From contig NC_086109.1 of the NCBI RefSeq assembly GCF_963921235.1, forward strand, positions 15,068,001 to 15,132,000: a stretch of DNA of 64,000 bases, in the 5' to 3' direction. The number at the start of each line of letters is the position of its first letter. Within the stretch, counting starts at the first letter, position 1. Both the position numbers and the translations under genes were made by a program. Below the pieces are notes generated by a model, which was not told the origin of the DNA, searched no databases, and saw only the letters and a list, made by a program, of their open reading frames with translations. Positions 40,114 through 52,300 of the stretch are shown here, one piece after another. Source of the stretch: Mobula hypostoma. Its lineage: Eukaryota.

Positions 40114-41579
40114 TGATCTGAAAATCTAAAAGTGTGAGCAGGAATATTAAAATAGAGAAAGACAAACAATGAACTATATTAAACTTGTATAATAATAATT
40201 TATTTCAATTCACTTTCAATGATCCCATTATTTATACCCTTTACTGATTTAAACTTTCTGTCCATGTTTAAAATTTAATTTTTTCAAGCTTCTTTGCCTT
40301 CTTTTACCAGCCGTAGTTTTGTAAATAAATTTTCAAACAGTTTGTTATTTTGGAGATGGATTTTGTTCCCTTACGTTCAAAATAGAACTCATTCCTTCTT
40401 CTGTGGATGTCTGTTTCCATAAGCACAGTGGCGTCAGTTCCTTTCCATCTGATACGATTTAGATCCTGAAAGAAAAGTTAGAGCTCACGGGCAGCAATTG
40501 AGTTATCTTTGTTAATCTTTTGTCTTGGGTTTATTTTCAACTAATTTAAAATTATTCATTCCAATGCACGCAGTTAATTGTATTATCTTCCAATTTTCAC
40601 TATTTAATTTACAACCTATTTAAAAAAGTAATTATACTGGTTGTATTAATAGCTACATAATAAATTAATGACAATATTGGTGCTGCCTTCTGCACTCATA
40701 CAGACCTCAAACAAAAAGTGGCTTTAGCTGCCACTTTCCCAGCTTCACATGCCTCCCTTAATTGCAGGACTCTGCAGAGAGTGGTGTGAACAGCCCAGCG
40801 CATCTGTAGTTGTGAACTTCCCATGGTTCAGGACATTTACAAGGACAGGTGTGTAAAAATGGCCCATAGGATCATTGGGGACCGAAACCATCCCAACCAC
40901 AATCTATTCCAGCTGCTACTATCTGGGAAGTGATACCGCAGCATAAAAGCCAGGACCAACAGGCTCCGGGACAGCTTCTTCCACCAGGCCATCAGACTGA
41001 TTAACTCACGCTGATTTGAGTGTATTCTATATTACATTGACTGTTCTATTTATTATAAATTATTATGGCTAGCACGAGAGGGTATAGCTTTAAGGTGCTT
41101 GGAAGTAGGTACAGAGGAGATGTCAGGAGTAAGTTTTTTACGCAGAGAGTGGTGAGTGTGTGGAACGGGCTGCCAGCGGCGGTGGTGGAGGCGGATACGA
41201 TAGGGTCTTTTAAGAGACTCCTGAATTGCTACATGGAGCTTAGAAAAATAGAGGGCTATGGGTAAAGCCTAGGTAGTTCTAAGGTAGGGACATGTTCGGC
41301 ACCCCTTTATGGGTCGAAGGGCCTGTATTGTGCTGTAGGTTGTCTATGTTTCTATTATAAATTACTATGATTGCACATTGCACATTTAGATGGAGATGTA
41401 ACGTAAATATTTTTACTCCGCATGTATGTGAAGGATGTAAGAAGTAAAGTCAATTCAATTCAATCTGTGACTCTGGCCTTCTCTTTCTAGGACTCTTTGT
41501 TTAGATCTTATAGACAAGGGACAAACATCGATTACAATCTTCTGCAACTGGATCCTTTACTTTCTCATCAGGAGACCAC

Positions 41580-42308
41580 AGTCAGTGTGGATCGTTATTA
41601 GCATCTTCTCCTTGCTGATGATCAACAAAGGCGCATTGCATGGACGCACTTAGCCCTCTGCTTTACGTACTCTACACTCATGATTGTGTGGCTAGGCATG
41701 GCTCAAATATCATCTATACATTTGCCGATGGCACAATTATTGCAACAAGGAGGTACAGGATACAGAAGTGAGATAGATTGGCTAATTGAGTGGTGCCGCA
41801 TCAATAACTTTGCACTCAACGCCAACAAGGTCGGGTAACTGAGGAAGTCAGGAGGATGTGCACATTGAGGGGTCAGTGGTGGGAAGGGTGAGCAGCTGCA
41901 AGTTCCTACATATCAACATCTCAGAGGATCTATCCAGTGCCCAACATGTTGATACAATCACAAAGAAAGAATGCAAGCAACTTCTCTTCATTAGGAGTTA
42001 AAGGAGACTTGGCATGTTACCAAAGGCTCTAGCAAATGCCTACAGATGTAGGGTGGAGAGCATTCTGGTTGATTGCATCACAAGCTGGTATGGAGCCTCC
42101 AATACAGAGGATTACAAGAGGGTGCAGAAGGTTGTAGACTCAGCCATTTTCATCAGGGGCACAACCCTTCCTGCCATCAAAGGCAACCTCAAAATGTGGT
42201 GGCTCGAGAAGGCAGCATCCATCAGCGTCGGGGACATGCCTCTTTGAATTATTACCATCAGGAAAAAGTTACAGGAATGTGAAAACCCACACTCAACTTT
42301 TTAGGAAC
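41580..42308 (+). mobile_element. Decayed Rex1/Babar-like RT 3' fragment
   Basis: LSPLL..LYTHDC, FADG, YRC.VESIL..CITSWYG motifs. Confidence 0.75.
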
Positions 42309-42309
42309 A

Positions 42310-43130
42310 TAAACCAACAGGTAAATTGAGGTCTACTCTGCAAACCTAAAGAACAAATCAAGCTGTTGGACAAGACCAATGTGGTCTATAAAATCCAATG
42401 CCAGGGATGCAGCAATTATTACGTTGGCCAACCTGAGGAAAAAAAGCTATCCACAAGGATGCATGAATATCAACTGGCTGTAAAGTGGCATGCCCAACTC
42501 TCCCTAGTCTCTACCCATGAAGATCGAGAGGGGCACAAATTTGACTGGGTATCAGTGAAAGTCATGGCGCAAGCAAACACGTGAAATGCTCGAGAATTCA
42601 TAGAAGCATGGTTTTCAGCAAGCAATCTATAAACAGATATGTACACCTCGATCCCTCCTATAAGCCAGTGTGGGCAAAATTCCAGACAACGCACAGAGTT
42701 TGCCATGCAACCAATCAGCAATGAGACCTCCTCCCTACATCACAACTGAGCTCCCGCAATGACAACCAATCAAGTATATAAAGGTCAAGCATTTGGAAGA
42801 CACAGCACAAGTTAACAGTGCACTGATGATGTCATAGTTATAGTCATAGTCATACTTTATTGATCCCGGGGGAAATTGGTTTTCGTTACAGTTGCACCAT
42901 AAATAATTAAATAGTAATAAAACCATAAATAGTTAAATAGTAATATGTAAATTATGCCAGGAAGTAAGTCCAGGACCAGCCTATTGGCTCAGGGTGTCTG
43001 ACCCTCCAAGGAAGGAGTTGTAAAGTTTGATGGCCACAGGCAGGACTGATTTCCTATGACGCTCTGTGTTGCATGTCTCCTCGTATAGTGAAGAAACGCT
43101 TGCAAGCAGATTGCCAAGATCAGAGAACTA
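42310..43130 (+). mobile_element. Penelope/Poseidon-type element 3' end (GIY-YIG + pseudo-LTR), split by a LINE insertion at 42834-43072
   Basis: NVVYKIQCQGCSNYYVGQ...L.TRMHEY...GHKFDW...REFIEAW; CCAAT/TATA-like motifs then a hammerhead core. Confidence 0.85.
42834..43072 (-). mobile_element. Young Rex1-like LINE 3' end with (CTATGA)n tail; near-identical longer copy at ~47539-48030
   Basis: HRKS.LPVAIKLYNS; near identity with 47540-47780; TSD atgtc. Confidence 0.85.
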
Positions 43131-43522
43131 TTCAATCCAGCCATTTTTAGGAACAGTTTCTTCCACTCCACCATCTGTTTTCTGAATAGTCCATGAATCT
43201 ATGAACACTATTAGTCTTTTACACTGTTTATATTGTAACTTATAGCAATTTTAAAATGTCTTACACTGTACTGCTGCAGCAAAGCAACAACAAAAATCAT
43301 GATGCGATTGATATTCACTATCCAGGGCCAACAGGCCTTTTTTTTTGTCAAGCGCAGCTAAAACTTCTAGAAGCCAGAGGGTTGCTTTTGAGTAAGATAA
43401 ATGTCCAACCAATATTCTTTGTCCAGCTTCTTGTTGTAAGCGGTAGCCAGTCTTCAGTTCTTAATGTACATGGTAAGCAATAATCAGTCTGAAGTTAAAA
43501 GGGCAGTTTTGTAATCAAACAG

Positions 43523-43643
43523 TACTGTCCATATATCACAGACTGATGACCCACAGCAAGGGGATGACTACTCTACTCACAAGTTGCAGTGTAAAACAAT
43601 GAGTTTATTTAATTGGTCTTGTTTCAAACCAGACAATGTGGCT
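43523..43643 (-). ncRNA. Candidate box H/ACA snoRNA-like RNA (family not identified)
   Basis: Minus strand: hairpin (gaaacaa/ttgtttt upper stem, caca/tgtg lower stem), AGAGTA H-box at 43574-43569, a weaker second hairpin, ACA at 43528-43526; about 120 nt; 34 nt upstream of a minus-strand acceptor. Confidence 0.3.
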
Positions 43644-44419
43644 AGGTTATTTAGTTCAAAAGGCTTAGAGACCAGATTGATACTATCACTTAGCATATCT
43701 AATAGCCGATCTGTTAATAGTCGGAAGGTTTGTATACCGAGAGAGTCAGCTTCACAGCATTAATTGTGGGTACCTTGGAACTCTGTTTCCAGAAGCATTT
43801 TGACCACTTGTGTAAAAGGTTTCTGGAAAAAAATCATATATGTGTGAAGTCACTCAAGTAGCAAAAAAGAACAGTATAAATGTAGAGAACAGTCAGGTTT
43901 ATTAGAAGTTGTTTAAAAAAAACATCAAGAATAATGACAGAAAAATGAGGTGAACCAAATCCATTCATCTGCCTTCAATTTCTACAACAGCTGATTTATT
44001 CATCTGCAACTCAGTATGTCTTTTTAGCTTATAGGAATTGAATCCATGTTTTGGAAATCCTTTGTGTTTTAGAAGTTGTAATTCAGAAATCTTTTTAAGA
44101 TAGAAAACTTCCGTGAGTTTGAAATGCGTTTTAAGAATTTGAGTGGATTTAAACATGTATCACTAAAAATAAATGAACTGTGTTTAAACTACTTTGTTAG
44201 CTGGAAGTATCTTACTGGTGGGGGGGGGGGGCCCACTGCTCAAATAGTGAGTATATGCAGTTACCCTCGACATGGAGGATAAACATGGAAGTGAACTAGT
44301 CCTTGAAGGGTAGGGAATTACAGTATAACTTCCCTTTCGTGAGAGTACCTGTAGCTATCTATATCTGATTGGGCTTAAGGTCTTCTTCTGAGTTTTGAAC
44401 TTTGTGGTTAGCAAACCCA

Positions 44420-46520
44420 ATACCCTCACAATGAGGTTACTGAACCATGTGGGGAGGACCTTAACGGACTTACTGATTGCATCACTGGCCTCATGAACTC
44501 CTGTGTGGACACTGTACTACCATCAAGGACTGTTTGCTGCTTCCCTAACAACAAACCAGAGGTCACCAATGATGTAAAGGCTCTTCTCAATGACAGAAGA
44601 GGTCTGGAGAACAAGCTTGGGCAGAGGAGCACACGGGAGGTGTGGAGGGGCATTAAGAACATCACTGGCTTCAATCAGCCTAGCTGTAGAGCCTCAGAGT
44701 GCAGCTGTGAATGGGCTAATGTTAAACCAATTCTTCAATAGGTTTGACAATAGCCCTCCTGTCCACAACCCCCTCATTATACCAGACCAGGTGCTGAGGT
44801 CCCTCAGCACCAATGCCTCCGCTCCTCCATCCTTCCTCCTCCAGTTCAACAACTGGATGACCAACACAGGCTACCACTGTCTACATCCCCTCCTTGCCCT
44901 GCACCCTACCGTCCACACCTCCACATACCAACTGCTATTGTCCCAATCTTCAACTCCCTCAGCCCCCACCTTCCACCATCACCCCAGTCATCATGGGCTC
45001 ACCTTCACTATTGAGCAGGTGAGAAGGGCTCTGGGGAACCTCAGCCAAAGCAAAGCATTGGGACCGGATGGTGTGAACCCCAAGGTCCTGAAGGAGAGTG
45101 CTGAGCAGTTGCGTGGAGTCCTCCAGCACATTTTCAATCTGAGTCTCAGCCTGGAGGTGATCCCACCTGTGTGGAAAACATCGTGTGTGGTCCCAGTACC
45201 CAAGAAGGGCCAACCAAAAGACTTGGATGACTACAGTCCAGTGGCCTTAACCTCAAACATCATTAAGATGCTAGAGGGGCTGGTCCTGGCTCACCTCCGA
45301 CCCCTGGTCAGATCAGCTCTCAATCCCCCACTGTTTGCCTACAAGGAGCATATTGGAGTTGATGATTCTGTCATTTACCTGCTGAACAGAGCCTACTCCC
45401 ATTTTGGTGAGCAAGGCAGCACTGTGTGGATCATGCTTTTTGATTTCTCAAGTGCCTTCAATACCATACAGCCATCAGTGCCGAGGAAAAAGCACTGCTC
45501 AATGCAGGCTGGCCTTCCATTGTATCCTGGATAATGGACTATTTGACTGGCAGACAACAATTTGTGCGGCTTCAGAGCTGTGTGTCAGACATGGCAATAA
45601 GCAGCACTGGACAGTATTGGCTCCCTTCCTGTTTACCCTGTATAGCTCAGATTTTAGATGCAACACTGAGTCATGTTGTCTGCAGAAATTCTCTGATGAC
45701 TCAGCAATAGTTGGGTGTATAAAGGGAGGATGGGAGGATGAATACAGGGCCCTGATGGAGGACTTCGTCAAATGGTGCAGGCTGAATCATCTGCAGCTCA
45801 ACATTAGTAAGACAAAAGAGATGGCTGATAGACTTTAGGTAGACTAAGCCTGCACTGCTCCCTGTCACTACTGATGGTGAGGATGTGGGTGTGGTGATTA
45901 TCTACAAGTACCTGGGGGTGCACCTGGATAATGGACAAGTGGAGCACCAACTCAGAGGCTGTGTACAAGAAGGGCCAGAGTCGCCTCTCCTTCCTGAGGA
46001 GACTGAGGTCCTTTGGAGTATGCAGGCTTCTCCTTCACATGTCCTACCAGTCTGTTGTACATTCTTCTATGCAGTGGTGTCCTGGGGCAATGGCATCAAC
46101 ATGGGTGATGCCAACGGGCTCAATAAACCCATTAGAAAGGCTGGCTCTGTTACAGGAGTCAAACTGGACACGCTGGAGGCTGTGGTAGAACAAAGGACCT
46201 GACAGAAAATCCTGACAATTCTGGACAATGTTTCTCACCCTCTGCATGCCACCTTGGCTGAACAGAGGAGCACCTTTAGTACTGGACTAAGACAACTGTG
46301 CTGCTCCGAAGAGAGCTATAGAAGGTCATTCTTACCCTCGGCCATTAGGCTGTATATAGAGTCAACCTATAGCCGGGGAAGTGACCTCCTCTTGTTAGAC
46401 TGTTTGAGGTTACTTCTATTTTTATTCTTTCTCACCTCTCTTCTAATATTTGTATATCTGTGCATTTGTAATTTTATTGAGACACTGTAATTTCCTTTGG
46501 GATCAATGAGGTGTCTATCT
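44420..46520 (+). mobile_element. Rex1/Babar LINE, 5'-truncated and frameshifted RT
   Basis: KALGPDGV, PVPKK, PVALTS, FDFSSAFNTIQP, LQKFSDDSAIVGCI, YKYLGVHLDN. Confidence 0.92.
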
Positions 46521-46522
46521 AC

Positions 46523-47115
46523 CTCGTGTGGCCCTCCACTGGTCGGGGTCAGCTATGGATGCTGTGTCCCAGCTGTCATACGCAAGCCAGGTTAGTATGG
46601 TATGGAGAACAAGCTGATGTTCATGCAGCACTCCCCCTCTCCACACAGCTGATAAATCCAAAGGAACGGCAGAGACCGATACTGTTTGGCACCATCAACA
46701 TCGTAGGAGATGCCAGCCAGCGTTCGGGTCTCCAGCTCTGGATCTTTCCCTCTGGGTTTACTTCCGAAGTCTTCCCCCCGAGTGGCTATAGCTGTAAGTC
46801 TTCCCCATGAGTGGGTGTAGCCGTAAGGCAGCAGAGGTTTGAGATCAGAGTTTTTCTTCTCCTAGATGAGCTGGCAACCACAGCTGATAAGCCCCATCTG
46901 CTTGAAGCAAGTGATTTTAAAGCACTAGTAACCCACCCTTGCCCCTTCTCCTGTTAGTAGAGGTGGTGCCGGGCTTAGTAGCTAAGCCACACTTGAAGGC
47001 CAGAAGCTGGACTTGGTTGTCAGAGTCTATTGGGATGCACGCCATTGGGAGCATTTAATAGGTAGTGGGAGCTTATCCCCACTTCCACCCATGGCTATGA
47101 CAACCTTAAGGAACC
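46523..47115 (-). mobile_element. Non-autonomous RTE-related element
   Basis: CTAGGAGAAG.AAAACTCTGATCTCAAACC segment resembles RTE 5' UTRs; no ORF; structured 5' end. Confidence 0.55.
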
Positions 47116-49084
47116 ACAATGACAAATGTAAGTGATAATAAACCTGATTCTGATTCAGAATCCTTTATTTAGGACATATAAATCAAAAAAGACAATGAAA
47201 TGCGTCTTTTGCGTCAGCAACCAACACAGCCTGAGGATGTGCTGGGGGCAGCCTGCACATGTCGCCATACACCCTGCCGCCAACACAGCATACCCACAAT
47301 ATCGAGCAGAACAACCTGAGTGACAACAGCACAACAGAAAAACACTTCTTCTTCCTCCCTCTCACCCACCAACCCACTCAAACACACAGATAGGCCTCCA
47401 ACTCTAGGATGGGCTGCCTCCAGCCTCCAGTGGACTAGATTCTGACAGATTTACACAGTTCTTTGGAGAATACCACCTCTCACCCTATCTCCTGTCAGGG
47501 CTACATCCTATTTTCCCAGTTCCACTTTCTCTATTGCATTAGTCATAGTCATAGTCATACTTTATTGATCCCGGGGGAAATTGGTTTTCGTTACAGTTGC
47601 ACCATAAATAATTAAATAGTAATAAAACCATAAATAGTTAAATAGTAATATGTAAATTATGCCAGGAAGTAAGTCCAGGACCAGCCTGTTGGCTCAGGGT
47701 GTCTGACCCTCCAAGGGAGGAGTTGTAAAGTTTGATAGCCACAGGCAGGAATGACTTCCTATGACGCTCTGTGTTGCATCTCGGTGGAATGAGTCTCTGG
47801 CTGAATGTACTCCTGTGCCCACCCAGTACATTATGTAGTGGATGGGAGATATTGTCCAAGATGGCATGCAACTTAGACAGCATCCTCTTTTCAGACACCA
47901 CCGTGGGAGAGTCCAGTTCCATCCCCACAACATCACTGGCCTTTACGAATGAGTTTGTTGATTCTGTTGGTGTCTGCTACCCTCAGCCTGCTGTCCCAGC
48001 ACACAACAGCAAACACGATAGCGCTGGCCATAGCATAACACTTCACACAGACTATTCCTTCTTCGTGAACTATAGCCTCCTTCCTTTTGTGTTTGGCAGA
48101 GCCCTTGACCACGTCTCAATTCACACCTCAGACCTCACTCCCTGGATAGAGCAAGGTTGGAGTTCATAAAATGGAGGCACAAGAGACTGCAGGCATTGGA
48201 ATCTGTTGCAGCAAAAATCTGCTGGTGGAATTCAGTGGCTGAGCTGCATCCATGGCTGATGCAGATTAAGTGGGAGGATCCAACCCCAAACTTCGACACC
48301 TCCTTCCCTCCCAGAGGCTGCTGAACCCACTGAGTTCCTGCAGCTGATTGTTTGCTGCTCAAAGTCTTCCTGGTCCACACCATCCTCCCCACCAGCATTC
48401 ACATTCCATGGATCAACCTTAACAAACATTAGTAACAGAGAAAGAGTCGAACAAGTTTAAGCAAATCCTTTATTAAACCCCAGTTTATAACCAGTTGAAT
48501 CACTTGTAGAGCTGAGGGAGTTCAATTCTATCCGGGGACTTTTGGTTCTGACTGACTGACTTTTGAATCAGCCCTTTGGAAAATACTACCTCCCACCCTC
48601 ACAAACACGAGTAGATCTGCGGGTGCTGGAAATCCGAAGCAAGGCACATAAAATGCTGGAGGAACTCAACAGGCCAGGCAGCATCTGTGGAAAAGTCGAC
48701 TTTCCAGCCTGGTAGTGAATGGCTTTGACTGAGTTAATGGTTGGCAGGAAAATTAATAACTGGAAGACAAATTCAGGGGAAAAAGACGGGGGGGGGGTCA
48801 TGCAAAAACATCGGGAAAACACACAGCTGGATTTCATTGACTGCAAGATTGGGGGCAGCAGATTCAATACAGACGGACATTAAACTAACCGGCTGTGGGC
48901 AGTGACCGGGCTGTAGATTTTAAAAATAGTAGAGGGGGTTGTGTTTGATTTTTATTAATCCAGTATTTCCTGCTGATGGTCTGTCTGGTGGCAGTGGGAC
49001 TGACCAATCGGACATCTTCTCCATGTGATGCTGGATGGAGGGAAGTGGGTGGCGTCTCCAATGCATCAGCTGATTGTTACCTGC

Positions 49085-49260
49085 ATTTCGGAGAGAGGGC
49101 GCCATTTTAGACAAAAAAAACCCCCACAAATGCTCCGTTACAGTTTGCCTGCGTCCACTTGAAACCAAGCGGCGGCAGGCTTTGTCGCGGTTCAAGCGCC
49201 CGTAGTATCTGCTCTGATGAGATTTAGCCCTGCGAGCTCTGCCTTCCCGGGACCGCGGTT
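49085..49260. promoter_or_regulatory. CpG-rich promoter region of RAB21-like, possibly bidirectional; YY1-type motif CGCCATTTT at 49100-49108
   Basis: Locally high CpG density in a CpG-depleted window, directly upstream of the ATG. Confidence 0.65.
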
Positions 49261-49392
49261 ATGGCGACAGCCGCTGGCAAGAGCTACTGTTTCAAAGTAG
49301 TACTGCTGGGAGAAGGCTGTGTGGGTAAAACCTCCCTGGTGTTGAGATATTGTGAGAATAAATTCAGTGACAAGCACATCAGCACGTTACAG
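49261..49392 (+). CDS. RAB21: Rab21-type small GTPase, exon 1 (MATAAGKSYCFKVVLLGEGCVGKTSLVLRYCENKFSDKHISTLQ)
   Basis: P-loop GEGCVGKTS and LVLRYCENKF are diagnostic of Rab21; CAG|gtgagt donor. Confidence 0.95.
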
Positions 49393-52300
49393 GTGAGTGG
49401 GGTTCTTCTGGCGAGGAGAACCAGCGCCGTCCTCACACACTGACTCCATCCTTTCGTCAGTGATACCAGGTTGCGGCTGAAAGTAACCAGCGGGGAACTT
49501 GATTGTAACTAATCTGTTTAGGAGAGTTTTATATGGAAACGATCGTTTATTTGTGCAAGTGGTACAACAATTCTTTACCGATGGTGTTTTTACGATGTGT
49601 AACTGCAAATGAAAGTTTTTAGAACACTTTTGTCTTTAATATATCATTGCAACTTTTGGGCCATAAATGATTTTTGCACCCTTTATCATAGCCGATAAGG
49701 TCTGTTTCTGATGCTAAATTAAACTGCACATTCATAAATTCAATATTTAATGTTTTTGGCGTTGGAACAGAGAGGAAATAGATATAAGGAATTTTTTTTT
49801 GGAGTCCCAAGTTTGTGACACGTTGGTGGGAGGTCTGTAGAGATTTTTCTTTCCCACTCAGTTTCAGCCTATTTAATTATCAAGTTAGCGATTATTGACT
49901 GCAGTTTAGGGCTGTGGGATCACCATAACCACGGTTTCGGGTCTGGATAATTAATTAAATATGACGAATTTTATGCTGTTTGAAATGGGGAAACGTCGCG
50001 AAATTAGCGCAAATCGTCAGCGTAATTTAGACTTTTTTCTTTATTCTTTCATATTTTCATTTGCAGCAAGCGGTATCTTTCAGTCTGCACCCTTTTAGTT
50101 CAATCTCGATTCAAGCAAGTGTCTTGTACGGTCAGCACGAAGTAATAATGTCTGTTACTTATTCGGTAACTCGCAACCTCAAAGTCTTTCCTCGACGTTT
50201 TGGGTTCTAAATGGGCAATGTCTGGTAGTGCACAGGAGTGACTTGTGTGCCAAGACAACCTGTTGAAAGTAATACCTTTTTAAATAGCAACAGACAAAAA
50301 ATGCTGGAAGGTTGGGCAGTATCTAACAAATTCCATAGATTCACCACCCTCTGGCTAACAAAATTCTTTATCTAAATGGGCATCCTAGTGTGACGTTATG
50401 CCTTCTGGTGCTAGACTCGCCCACTACAGGGAATGTCCTCTTCACATCCACTCTATCTAGGCCTTTCAACATTCAATAGGTTTCAATGAGATCCCCCTCC
50501 TCCTCATTCTGCTAACTTGCAGTACAAGAGTCCCCAACCTTTTTTTTAATGCCATGGAGCCCTACCATTAACCGAGAGGTCTGTGGGCCCCAGGTTGGGA
50601 AACCCCTGTAATCCAGTGGGTACAGGCCCAGAGCCATCAAACATGCCTCATATTATGATAAGCCTGGAATAATTTTCATGAAACTCCTTTGAACCCTCTC
50701 CAGTTTCAGCACATACCTTCTAAGATGAGGGTCCCAAAGCTGCTCACAATACTGCAAGTGGTGCCTTCTAAAGCCTTGGCATTATTTTCTTGTTTTTATT
50801 TTCTAGCCTTCTCAATGAATGCTAACATTGCATTTGCCTTTCTCACTACCAACTCAACCTGAAAATTAACCTTTCCGGAATCCTGCACAAGGACTCCGAA
50901 GTCCCTTTGCACCTCTGATTTTTGAATTTTCTCAATTTTTAGAAAATTGTCTACATTTTTATTCCTTCTACCAAAGTGCATGACCATACACTTCCTGACA
51001 CTATTCCATCTGCCACTCCGTGGCATGTGGCACAGGCAGCAATCCACAGCTTGCTACCCTGGTAGTCCTGCTTTTCAGCTATCTACCTTACTGGTCCTGA
51101 GGAGCTGCAGCTGTGGTTATCCAGGTGGCTGGAGGTCTCACAGGATTCCCACATCTCACACGAAGAACACAACACCTCTCCTGGAGCCAGCTTCACTGCA
51201 TTGACCATGTACTAACAGATGATGAAGAAGAAGAAACTTGCCAGAAACTTACTTCGCCCAAGTCTTTTCTTGCTGAAACCCAATGAGCCAAATCCTCCTC
51301 ACTTTAACACTGGCCCACTCCAATGGCTGCTCTGCTTGACCCTGCCTTAATTTTATTTGCTCTTGCTAATGAATTGTGATTTGATTGGGATGCCAGAATA
51401 ACGCTGAAAGTAAATCTCTCTCACAGACCTGTGAATTGCCTCTTCTGTTGCTCTTGATTCAATTTGATGGGCTAAATGTTCTAATTCTGCTCCTATATTT
51501 TATGGTCTTACAATTGGAGTCTTGGTGGGGAAGACTTGATTTCCCTCATTGATTTTTGTGAATTTCACAGAACTGAGCTGTGGAGAAGCAGCAGAGAATA
51601 GCTTGTTGAATTTGTTCATGAGTTCGTAAACATGTTTCCATTCATGTTGGGGAACTTAATCCTATACTAATAGCAAACCATGCATGGAGTTTCCTCATGC
51701 TTTATAATTCTCTTAAGTCAGAAATTAAATAAAGCATGTCAGTCATGCATCCTATGTAATGTCAGAATCAGGTTTAATATCACTGGGATATGTCCTGAAA
51801 TTTGTTGTTTTGCAGCAGTAATGCAGTACAATACATAATAAAAACTGTAAATTACAACAAGTATATATAATATTTTAGAAAGTTAAATAATTAGTGTAAA
51901 AAGAGGAAAAAATACACTGGGGTAGTGTTCGTGGGTTCATTGTCTATTCAGAAATCTGATAGCAGAGGGGAAGAAGCTCTTTGTGAATCATTGAGTGTGT
52001 GCCTTCAGGCTCCTGTACCTCCTTCCTGATGGTAACAATGTGAACAGAGCACGTCCTGGGTGGGGAGGGTCTTTCATGATGGTTGCCAGCTTTATGATGG
52101 TTGCTTTCATGATGGTTGCTTTCCTTGCACATCTGAAGAAGGCGGCTGCAGCATAAAAGCCAGGACCAACAGGCTTGGGACAGCTTCTTCCACCAGGCCG
52201 ACAGACTGATTAACTCTCGCTGATTTGAGTGTATTTCTATGTTACATTGACTTTTCTGTTTATTATAAACTATTATGACTGCATATTTAGATGGAGACGT

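Noticed and set aside
43256..43483. 75 aa + strand ORF ending near ATG|gtaagc
   Set aside because: It starts inside a LINE 3' end, has no recognisable homology and no partner exon.
43965..44156. 63 aa minus-strand ORF as a protein gene
   Set aside because: No recognisable motif; AT-rich; out of frame with the upstream ATG exon. A micropeptide cannot be excluded without ribosome profiling.
44310..44338. Iron-responsive element
   Set aside because: Loop is CAGTAT rather than CAGUGN, there is no correctly placed C bulge, and it is not in a known UTR.
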